Program-made: the position numbers and the translations under genes | Assembly (NCBI GenBank): GCA_021802655.1 | Contig: JAJZRP010000001.1 | Span: 24,882 to 88,881 of the forward strand | Direction: 5' to 3' | Source: Pseudomonadota bacterium | GTDB taxonomy: Bacteria > Pseudomonadota > Gammaproteobacteria > Burkholderiales > JABEVD01 | DNA length: 64,000 bases | The notes under the pieces: generated by a model | The model's input: only the letters and a program-made list of their open reading frames with translations | Databases searched by the model: none | What the model was told of the DNA's origin: nothing | Part shown: one piece after another, positions 1 through 6,819 of the stretch | Position numbering within the stretch: the stretch's first letter is position 1 | How the letters are laid out: the number at the start of each line of letters is the position of its first letter

Positions 1-939
1 CTGACACGCTCCGTTCATGGGGCGTTCGCCGTCATATTTGCATCACCCAGGAGAAGGCATTTTATCGCCGTCAATCTCATAGCGTTCATGATCATTCCTT
101 TTGCATTTCTCCTGCTGGAATTATGGTCGCTCGGAGACTATCTCACTATCCACTTCAGTTACGAAGACATCAGGAATCCCCTGCTCGTTCAGGCGATGAA
201 GGCGTGCTTCCTGTTCATCAGCAGGCTGACTCCGTTTCTCGTAACGTGGGCAATCGTATTCCTGACCTACTTCTTCATGCCTCCGAGCAGACCCAGGCTG
301 CCCCCTGCGATCGCAACCGGCTTCGCCTGTGCGTTTTCCGTCGCGCTGTTCCAGTATTTAACCAATACCGTCTTTCAGGTCGATCAATACATCCGCGTCT
401 ATGGATCGCTCGGCGCAATCATTTTCTCTCTGATCTGGGCCTATGTCATCAGCCTTGTTTTCCTGTTTTTCGCTGAATTTCTTCATGTTTCCAGCAAGAT
501 AGATGTGATTGCCATGGAAAGGATCTTTCTGGACAGCGGGGAGAGGGGCCCCTTGGCGGACAGGATCGAACATTTCCTGTTCAGGCGGTCCAGGCGCCTT
601 TTCGAGAAATATGGCCGATCCTGCCGCAAGGGTGACATCATCGTTCATCAGAACGCTGAACCCTCCGAAATCTACTACCTGTATTCCGGCAAAATCGGGA
701 TCTATCAAGCTGGCCCGGAAGGACCTGTCCGGATAGGTGAAGTGAAGGAAGACGGGCTTTTCGGCGAGCTCGACTATCTGCTCGGCGTTTCCGCCAGCGC
801 AACCTTCGTGGCCGAAACGGAATGCTTTCTGTTCACGCTCTCTCCTGCAATGTTCGAGGCGCTGGTGAACTCCAGTCTGAAATTGTCCAGGCTGGTCATC
901 GATTCTTTCTGCCAGCGCTTCGAGCCGCCAAAGGCATAG
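1..939 (+). CDS. YihY/BrkB-family inner-membrane protein (5' end cut by window edge) fused to a C-terminal cyclic-nucleotide-binding-like domain
   Basis: The frame of ORF 88..939 is open back to nt 1. The N-terminal two thirds is a series of hydrophobic helices ([40 protein letters not shown]). The C-terminal ~110 aa shows a CAP-effector beta-roll signature ([25 protein letters not shown]...[20 protein letters not shown]). Confidence 0.7.
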   Translation: MTRSVHGAFAVIFASPRRRHFIAVNLIAFMIIPFAFLLLELWSLGDYLTIHFSYEDIRNPLLVQAMKACFLFISRLTPFLVTWAIVFLTYFFMPPSRPRLPPAIATGFACAFSVALFQYLTNTVFQVDQYIRVYGSLGAIIFSLIWAYVISLVFLFFAEFLHVSSKIDVIAMERIFLDSGERGPLADRIEHFLFRRSRRLFEKYGRSCRKGDIIVHQNAEPSEIYYLYSGKIGIYQAGPEGPVRIGEVKEDGLFGELDYLLGVSASATFVAETECFLFTLSPAMFEALVNSSLKLSRLVIDSFCQRFEPPKA

Positions 940-962
940 GGTACAATCGACATGGGATCATT

Positions 963-1871
963 ATGGAGAAGAAAATGAACATAGCAGGCGTCAAGGATTT
1001 CCTCACCGAATTGCAGGAGCTGATCGTCGAACGGATCGAGCAGGTCGACGGAAAAACATTCCGCCGGGACAGATGGGATCGCCCTGAAGGGGGCGGGGGG
1101 ATATCCTGCGTCATCGAGGAAGGCGATGTGCTGGAGCGCGGCGGGGTCAATTTCTCGCATGTCTTCGGCAAGGGGCTTCCCCCTTCCGCCACCGCCGCGA
1201 GGCCGGAACTTGCCGGGCGCTCCTTCCAGGCCATGGGGGTATCCCTGGTTTTCCATCCGAAAAATCCCTACGCCCCGACCGTCCACATGAACGTGCGCTT
1301 CTTCGTCGCCGAAAAGGAGGGACAGGATCCCGTATGGTGGTTCGGCGGAGGAATGGATCTCACACCCTATTACGGCTTCGAGGAAGACGCGATTCATTTC
1401 CACCAGACCTGCAGGAATGCGCTCCAGCCTTTCGGCCCGGACTATCACCCGAAATTCAAGAAATGGTGCGACGAGTATTTCTACCTCAAGCATCGCAAGG
1501 AGCCTCGCGGCGTGGGCGGCATTTTCTTCGACGACCTCAACGCACCCGATTTCGAAACCTGCTTCAATCTGACCGAAAGCGTCGGGGATCATTTTCTTTC
1601 GGCCTATGTGCCGATTCTCGAGCGCAGGCTGGACACCCCATACGGCGAGCGCGAAAGGGATTTCCAGGCTTACAGGCGCGGCCGCTATGTCGAATTCAAT
1701 CTGGTCTACGACAGGGGAACCCTGTTCGGATTGCAGTCCGGCGGGCGGACCGAATCGATCCTGATGTCCCTTCCCCCCATCGTGAAGTGGCGCTACGACT
1801 GGCATCCGGAAAAAGGCAGCCCGGAAGACAGGCTCTACACCGACTATCTGACCGGGCGCGACTGGATTTAG
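963..1871 (+). CDS. hemF: oxygen-dependent coproporphyrinogen III oxidase
   Basis: ATG at 963 lies inside track ORF 822..1871. Strong HemF-type blocks are present: [76 protein letters not shown]. About 302 aa. Confidence 0.93.
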   Translation: MEKKMNIAGVKDFLTELQELIVERIEQVDGKTFRRDRWDRPEGGGGISCVIEEGDVLERGGVNFSHVFGKGLPPSATAARPELAGRSFQAMGVSLVFHPKNPYAPTVHMNVRFFVAEKEGQDPVWWFGGGMDLTPYYGFEEDAIHFHQTCRNALQPFGPDYHPKFKKWCDEYFYLKHRKEPRGVGGIFFDDLNAPDFETCFNLTESVGDHFLSAYVPILERRLDTPYGERERDFQAYRRGRYVEFNLVYDRGTLFGLQSGGRTESILMSLPPIVKWRYDWHPEKGSPEDRLYTDYLTGRDWI

Positions 1872-2740
1872 CCCGCCTCGAGCGCTGCGATGCGCTCTTC
1901 CAGAGGGGGATGGGTCATGAAAAGGCGCCTGATCCCTCCCCCCGAACTGCCGGAAATGCCGAAGGCGGCCATTTTTTCGGGCAACGGTGCCGGATGAAGG
2001 CTGCCCAGGCGCTTCAAGGCGTCTATCATGTTGCGCCTTCCGGACAACCGCGCCCCGCCCGCATCCGCCCGGAACTCCCTGCGCCTCGAGAACCAGAGCA
2101 CGATGAGGGTGGCGAGTATCCCCAGAACCAGCTCGGATACGATCATGGTGATGAAAAATGCCGGCCCCTGGCCGCGCTCCGTCCTGAACACCGCTTTGTC
2201 CACCACCTGCCCGATCGCGCGGGAGAGAAAAATCACGAAGGTGTTCACCACGCCCTGGATGAGCGCCATGGTCACCATGTCGCCGTTGGCGACATGCGTG
2301 ATCTCGTGCCCCAGAACGGCTTCCGCCTCTTCCCTCGTCATGTGTTGCAGCAACCCGGTCGAAACTGCGACGAGCGAAGCATCCCGCCTCATGCCGGTCG
2401 CAAAGGCATTCGCGTCCATCGAATCGTAGATCGCCACCTCCGGCATTCCGATTCCCGTCGCACTGGCATGGCGCCTCACCGTTTCGAGCAGCCAGAATTC
2501 TTCGGCAGTCTGCGGCTGCGAAATGATCCTCGCACCCACGGAAATCCTGGCCATGTGTTTGGACAGGGCGAGCGAAACGAAGGAACCCCCGAATCCGATG
2601 ATTGCGGCGAAAACGAGCAGTGAATTTGGATTCATGCCGGATGCGCCGAGATAGGGTTCAAGCCCGAGCAGGCGGATTGCGATCGACAGCACCAGCAGCA
2701 CGGCGAGGTTGGTGGCGAGGAACAATGCGATGCGCTTCAT
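1868..2740 (-). CDS. htpX: membrane zinc metalloprotease HtpX (M48 family)
   Basis: 290 aa with N-terminal TM helices, an HEITH zinc motif ([14 protein letters not shown]) and a typical HtpX C-terminus ([14 protein letters not shown]). Its 3' end overlaps convergently with hemF by 4 nt. Confidence 0.93.
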   Translation of the reverse strand: MKRIALFLATNLAVLLVLSIAIRLLGLEPYLGASGMNPNSLLVFAAIIGFGGSFVSLALSKHMARISVGARIISQPQTAEEFWLLETVRRHASATGIGMPEVAIYDSMDANAFATGMRRDASLVAVSTGLLQHMTREEAEAVLGHEITHVANGDMVTMALIQGVVNTFVIFLSRAIGQVVDKAVFRTERGQGPAFFITMIVSELVLGILATLIVLWFSRRREFRADAGGARLSGRRNMIDALKRLGSLHPAPLPEKMAAFGISGSSGGGIRRLFMTHPPLEERIAALEAG

Positions 2741-2932
2741 GGCGGATTCTCCCTGGACCGGACAATTCCAATATAGCTCAGGAACCCCGAGAAGGTTTGC
2801 TCGCCCGGTCTGGCCGCTTCGCCGGGACTCAGATCTGGGTGAGCGTTACAGAGCGGGGGAAGTATTTGCGGATATCCCCATGGATTTGTGGCGGGAAGAA
2901 CGATAGGATGGACGAAAAAGGAGATACTCGTC

Positions 2933-3289
2933 TTGAGAAACCCCTGCCCCTGCGGCAACCCCATCGAATACGCGGCCTGCTGCGGGAAACACCATTCCGG
3001 GATCAATGCGCCCGATCCCGAAGCGCTCATGCGCTCCCGCTACAGCGCCTACGCGCTCGGACTCGAAGCGTACCTGCTGCAAACCTGGCACCCTTCCACC
3101 CGCCCGGCGAAGCTGGGCCTCGATGCAGAGCCGCGCCCGAAATGGCTGGGGCTGGAAGTGAAGGCAGCTGGACGGGACAGCGTGGAATTCGTCGCAAGAT
3201 ACAAGATCGGGGGAAAGGCGCATCGCCTGCACGAAACCAGCTGCTTCCTTTGCGAGGAAGGCGTCTGGCGCTATCTCGACGGGAAATAA
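2933..3289 (+). CDS. YchJ-family (UPF0225) SEC-C motif protein
   Basis: N-terminal CPCGNPIEYAACCG SEC-C-like motif followed by PEALMRSRYSAYALG, as in E. coli YchJ. The likely start is TTG 2933, 9 nt after AAGGAG. The track ORF starts at GTG 2888, which is an alternative. Confidence 0.7.
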   Translation: MRNPCPCGNPIEYAACCGKHHSGINAPDPEALMRSRYSAYALGLEAYLLQTWHPSTRPAKLGLDAEPRPKWLGLEVKAAGRDSVEFVARYKIGGKAHRLHETSCFLCEEGVWRYLDGK

Positions 3290-3302
3290 CCCGGTCAGCC
3301 AG

Positions 3303-3503
3303 TCACTGCGGATTGCCCGGTTTCCTGCAGGTTCCGTCCATGTAAGGGCCCTTGAACTTGTACCAGGCACTGCCGGGAGAAATCTGCGCGCAAACGACGG
3401 CCCCGCTTATCCTGCTTCGCCACCGGTACCAGGACATTTCAGAAGCGTATGCTGCAGCGCAAATCGAGGCCAGAACGGCCAACATCGTAATTTTCCGTTT
3501 CAT
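3303..3503 (-). CDS. small secreted protein of unknown function (66 aa precursor, two Cys in mature part)
   Basis: Internal ATG at 3503 is preceded by GGAGAA. The N-terminus MKRKITMLAVLASICAAAYA is a classic Sec signal peptide. The mature part is Trp/Arg/Tyr-rich (SEMSWYRWRSRISGAVVCAQ...GTCRKPGNPQ). Confidence 0.45.
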   Translation of the reverse strand: MKRKITMLAVLASICAAAYASEMSWYRWRSRISGAVVCAQISPGSAWYKFKGPYMDGTCRKPGNPQ

Positions 3504-3579
3504 GCAATTCTCCAAGATTTCCTGGATTGAATTCTGCACCTCGCCCCGAAAAACTTCAATCGGCTATCGACGTGCATCG

Positions 3580-3804
3580 CTAATGCCAGGAATCTTTGGC
3601 AAGATTTAGCTCGCTACTTCTATATTCGCGCACTTCGTTCACCGCGATTTGCTCGTTGATTACCTCAAGATATTCACGGAGTGCGTCCTTGTTATTTTCG
3701 ATGGCCTCAGCTTCAGTTGTACCTTGCGACCAGCAACCGGGCAAACCTGGCGCGGATACGGAGAAACCCTCTTCTGATTCGTGAAGCGCGATACGGTAGC
3801 GCAT
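3580..3804 (-). CDS. hicB: HicB-family antitoxin (type II TA), no partner toxin detected
   Basis: 74 aa. MRYRIALHESEEGFSVSAPGLPGCWSQGTTEAEAIENNKDALREYLE matches the HicB/UPF0150 N-terminal fold signature. GGAGG lies 4 nt upstream of the ATG. Confidence 0.7.
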   Translation of the reverse strand: MRYRIALHESEEGFSVSAPGLPGCWSQGTTEAEAIENNKDALREYLEVINEQIAVNEVREYRSSELNLAKDSWH

Positions 3805-3822
3805 AAAACCTCCAACAAAATG

Positions 3823-4096
3823 TCAAGTCAGTGAACGAATAGCGTTTATCTGCCGCCGTATGTCAGCGAACGCAGCCGCGGACTTGGCGTACGGCAGATA
3901 AACCTTGTTGGACTGAACGGCGGGAAGCGGAAGCGCCCTCGTCGTCGTTCTTGTAGTGGGAATGGAATTCGGAGAAATCCAGTTCGTGATCCACCAGGTG
4001 GCATAGCGCATGCTCGAAGCCGCCCGGAATAACCTGTTTGTCGAAATCCACCGGCAACAGCTTCAGTCCTTGGTGAACAGGTTTGAAGCGTGGCAT
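3823..4096 (-). pseudogene. decayed 5' fragment of an IS1182-family (DUF772 N-terminus) transposase gene
   Basis: ATG 4096 follows GGAGAG. MPRFKPVHQGLKLLPVDFDKQVIPGGFEHALCHLVDHELDFSEFHSHYKNDDEGASA resembles the conserved IS1182-type transposase N-terminus. Similarity then appears to jump frame (..PAVQSNKVYLPYAKS..) and stops after about 90 codons. No DDE domain follows. Confidence 0.6.
3844..3903. repeat. perfect 12-bp inverted repeat (GTTTATCTGCCG / CGGCAGATAAAC) with 36-nt spacer
   Basis: Read directly: 3844..3855 and 3892..3903 are reverse complements. The repeat lies inside the transposase remnant, at the point where homology degrades. Confidence 0.8.
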
Positions 4097-4251
4097 TTTC
4101 ACTCTCCGTCAACGGGTTATTTTTTCGAATTATGCCTGTTCAAGAAAGAGATGGAGGTTTTCTACAGCCTCAACGTATAATTTTTGGAAACATTGCCACG
4201 GAAGCCGCATGAAACTGGCGATTGCCGATCGTATCGATTCCGGCAACAGTG

Positions 4252-4410
4252 CTATGCGGTGGTGTCTATGTGTCCGGGAGGAGGGGGATGCCCGGTTTCA
4301 GGCTTCTCCTCTTCCTCATGCTCGCGAGGTTTCCTGCGGAGCGGGGGCCGATCTTCCTTGCGCCGTCCGAAGCCGTTGTCCAGATGAGGAATGGCATTGA
4401 TCGAATCCAT
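4252..4410 (-). CDS. hypothetical 52-aa highly charged, Pro-rich protein
   Basis: ATG 4410 is preceded by AAGGAG with a 7-nt spacer. The product is MDSINAIPHLDNGFGRRKEDRPPLRRKPREHEEEEKPETGHPPPPGHIDTTA. I recognise no family, so this is supported by translation signals only. Confidence 0.35.
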   Translation of the reverse strand: MDSINAIPHLDNGFGRRKEDRPPLRRKPREHEEEEKPETGHPPPPGHIDTTA

Positions 4411-4514
4411 GACGATTCTCCTTGCGTTTGCCGGTAATTTCGGCAACCATTTGGATTTCTTGAATTTACGCTGCACAATATCCACTATGGACGGTGCCGA
4501 AAATTATCAGGGGA

Positions 4515-4739
4515 GTGAAATTGGAAAAAAAGCCTAAAAAATGGATGCTGCCGGTTGCCATGATCGCGGTCTTTATCGCCATAGGAGCCGCAGGATTCCT
4601 GATGGATCACATTCCGAAAGCGGCCGATTCCTCGCTCAGGGGAATGCTCAAGCGGGCAGACGACGAACAGGGGAAGGACGCGCTGAAGGTGAGACTCCCC
4701 CACATCAAGGATTCAGATCCGGATGCTGCATCGAAATGA
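4515..4739 (+). CDS. hypothetical small single-pass membrane protein
   Basis: Basic N-terminus KLEKKPKKW, then a TM helix MLPVAMIAVFIAIGAAGFLM, then a charged tail. The start is ambiguous (GTG 4494, GTG 4515 or ATG 4545). Confidence 0.3.
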   Translation: MKLEKKPKKWMLPVAMIAVFIAIGAAGFLMDHIPKAADSSLRGMLKRADDEQGKDALKVRLPHIKDSDPDAASK

Positions 4740-4824
4740 ATTCGACGGGGCTTTTCATTTCGCATTCCCGGGTATAATATTGAGGCTTAATACATCATCT
4801 CATGATATAAATGCGGGGAACTTC

Positions 4825-4953
4825 ATGATCGAAACCATCACAACCCTTGTTTTTCTGAGCGCAGTTCTTTTCGTCGCGTTTTCCGGGAGGAAATCCGGGA
4901 AGGAAAAAAGCGAAATCGAGCTTGCCAAGGAGCGGCAGGAAAACAATTCCTGA
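4825..4953 (+). CDS. hypothetical 42-aa membrane peptide
   Basis: ATG 4825 is preceded by GGGGA, with a perfect TATAAT about 50 nt upstream. The product MIETITTLVFLSAVLFVAFSGRKSGKEKSEIELAKERQENNS is one TM helix plus a charged tail. Confidence 0.3.
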   Translation: MIETITTLVFLSAVLFVAFSGRKSGKEKSEIELAKERQENNS

Positions 4954-4957
4954 GCAC

Positions 4958-6052
4958 TTATTTGGGGAGCAGAACCCACAACCTGCCGCGCTGGCGGGTC
5001 TTCCCTGCAAGTTCCCCCGCATCCTGACCGGAGCCCCAGTAGATATCGGCCCTGACCGTCCCCTTGATCGCCCCTCCCGTATCCTGCGCGAGCATGAGGC
5101 GGTCCAGGGGCTTTTCGCTTCCCGGCCAGGTGCTGGAGAGATAGACCGGAGCGCCCAGGGGAATCGCCCTCTGATCGACAGCGATGCTGATTCCCGGGTT
5201 CAAGGGCACGCCGAGCGATCCCGGCGGGTCCGGAAAGGTGTCCGGCAGGAACTTGAAGAACACGTAGCTCGGGTTGCCGTCCAGCAGTTCCGATACCTTC
5301 CCAGGGTGACTCCTCGCCCAGGCCTTGATGCCATCCATCGAAGCATCTTCAAGAGACAACTCTCCGCGTTCGACGAGAATCCTGCCGATCGACTGGTAGG
5401 GATAACCGTTCTGGTCTGCGTAGCCTATCCTGACCGTGCTCCCGTCATCCAGCGCGACTTTTCCCGAGCCCTGGATCTGCAGGAAGAAAAGGTCCATGGC
5501 ATCGTCCGTCCATAGAATCTCGTTCCCCTTCAGGGGGGCGAATTTGCCGTCGATCTGGGCACGGCTGTAATAGGGAACGAGTTTCCTGCCCTCGACCCTT
5601 CCCCTCGGATGGATGTGTTTGAACTCGGGATAAAGCTCCCCCAGATCGACGGTAATCAGGTCCTTCGGCACGCCGTAGACGGGGTAGCGGTACCGGGAGG
5701 AAGGTTTGAGGCTTCCCCTGATGATGGGCTCGAAGTAGCCTGTGATGAGCCCCTCGTCCGATCCGTCCGGATTGAACAGCCGGTAGGGCGTGAAATGCTT
5801 CTCGAAAAAGGCGCGGGCGGCAGATTCGTCCGGACTTTTCATGGCCATGGCATCAATGCAGGCCGGGGCCCAGGAAGGCCGCCTTTTCAGGACGGCGCAG
5901 CTTGCCGAGAAGGATCGCCATGCCGGAAGGACATCCTCATGCCCCCAGCCCGGCAGATCGCTCCATGCCACCGCCTTTGGCGCTGGAGGCGCTTTCGGCA
6001 ATGTGGCGCAGCCGCCAGAGAATAGCAGCAAAAGAAGCAGCAGGTAACGCAT
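4958..6052 (-). CDS. mltA: membrane-bound lytic murein transglycosylase A
   Basis: Lipoprotein signal MRYLLLLLLLFSGGC. MltA blocks present: GLITGYFEPIIRGS, YRYPVYGVP, LFFLQIQGSGKV, IGYADQNGYPYQSIG, IAVDQRAIPLGAPVYL, MLAQDTGGAIKG. Confidence 0.9.
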   Translation of the reverse strand: MRYLLLLLLLFSGGCATLPKAPPAPKAVAWSDLPGWGHEDVLPAWRSFSASCAVLKRRPSWAPACIDAMAMKSPDESAARAFFEKHFTPYRLFNPDGSDEGLITGYFEPIIRGSLKPSSRYRYPVYGVPKDLITVDLGELYPEFKHIHPRGRVEGRKLVPYYSRAQIDGKFAPLKGNEILWTDDAMDLFFLQIQGSGKVALDDGSTVRIGYADQNGYPYQSIGRILVERGELSLEDASMDGIKAWARSHPGKVSELLDGNPSYVFFKFLPDTFPDPPGSLGVPLNPGISIAVDQRAIPLGAPVYLSSTWPGSEKPLDRLMLAQDTGGAIKGTVRADIYWGSGQDAGELAGKTRQRGRLWVLLPK

Positions 6053-6134
6053 GCCTGCATTTTACACGAGGCTCGCGCGCGATTAAAATCGGCCGGGTTT
6101 GACTCGCGCGCTTGGCTTACTCTATAGTCTCGAA

Positions 6135-6335
6135 ATGGATGCTGAAATCAAAGCGCTTGAAGAAAAAATAGCGCAATTCATCGAATTGAATCACAGGCTG
6201 CGTGCAGACAATCTTGCCCTGAGGCAGGAACTCGCCCAGGCTCATGGAGAGAACAAGCGGCTCTCCGAAAAGATCGATCTTGCAAAAGACAGGCTCGAAT
6301 CCCTCCTGTCTAAAATCCCTGGAGAAGAAGAGTGA
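6135..6335 (+). CDS. coiled-coil protein of the type usually found just upstream of zapA (ZapB-like / TIGR02449-type)
   Basis: 66 aa, all heptad-like (MDAEIKALEEKIAQFIELNHRLRADNLALRQELAQAHGENKRLSEKIDLAKDRLESLL). Its TGA overlaps the zapA GTG (GTGA). Confidence 0.65.
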   Translation: MDAEIKALEEKIAQFIELNHRLRADNLALRQELAQAHGENKRLSEKIDLAKDRLESLLSKIPGEEE

Positions 6336-6631
6336 GCAAGAGTCTCGACGTCGTCATCAACGGTCGCCCTTTCAGGGTCGCCTGCGAGGAGGGAGAGGAA
6401 GGCGCCCTTCTGGATGCGGTGGCCTACCTGGACAGGAAGATGAACGAGATCAGCGAGTCGGGAAAGCTGGTCGGCACCGACCGGATCGCCGTGATGGCCG
6501 CGCTCAACATCGCGCACGAATTGCTGACCGTGCGTACCGGCGGACTTGAAATCGGGGAATTCAAGCGTAGAATAAATACCATGAAGTCTTCGCTTGAAAA
6601 GGCGATGATCGAGCAGGACGAACTCTTTTAG
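6332..6631 (+). CDS. zapA: cell division protein ZapA
   Basis: GTG start. VVINGRPFRVACEEGEEGALLDAVAYLDRKMNEI...DRIAVMAALNIAHELL is the ZapA signature. Confidence 0.9.
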   Translation: MSKSLDVVINGRPFRVACEEGEEGALLDAVAYLDRKMNEISESGKLVGTDRIAVMAALNIAHELLTVRTGGLEIGEFKRRINTMKSSLEKAMIEQDELF

Positions 6632-6632
6632 T

Positions 6633-6817
6633 TTATCCCCTGCTGTGTTCGACAGGGCCATTCATTCCTTGAACCAATGTCTTGGCATTAAGGCTGCCGA
6701 CCGAAAAGCCGCTGTTGAGCCTGTTCCGGACGCGAACGGGCCTGATGCGACAGGAAGGCGACCGACTTGAACCCGGGGTTCAGGATGCCGGGCCCTGACG
6801 GCATTTGCGGGGGACCC
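6633..6817 (+). ncRNA. ssrS: 6S RNA
   Basis: Canonical position immediately 3' of zapA on the same strand. The 5' end TATCCCCTGCTGTGTTCG can pair with the 3' end CGGCATTTGCGGGGGA to form a closing stem. The internal CTTGAACCCGGGGTTCAGG hairpin corresponds to CUUGAACCAAGGGUUCAAGG of E. coli 6S. Ends are approximate (+/-5 nt). Confidence 0.8.
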
Positions 6818-6819
6818 TT

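Noticed and set aside
3844-3903. The perfect 12-bp inverted repeat as an IS end, REP element or terminator.
   Set aside because: It lies inside the decayed transposase coding remnant, has a 36-nt loop and no T-run, and I did not notice a second copy in the window. One chance 12-bp inverted repeat with a short spacer in 64 kb is not very improbable. I recorded it as a repeat feature only.
3805-4300. A search for a hicA toxin ORF or an intact IS (DDE domain, terminal inverted repeats) next to hicB.
   Set aside because: No HicA-like frame appears in any of the six frames. Transposase similarity ends after about 90 codons with a frame change, and I could not identify matching terminal inverted repeats. 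I therefore call it a remnant, not a mobile element.
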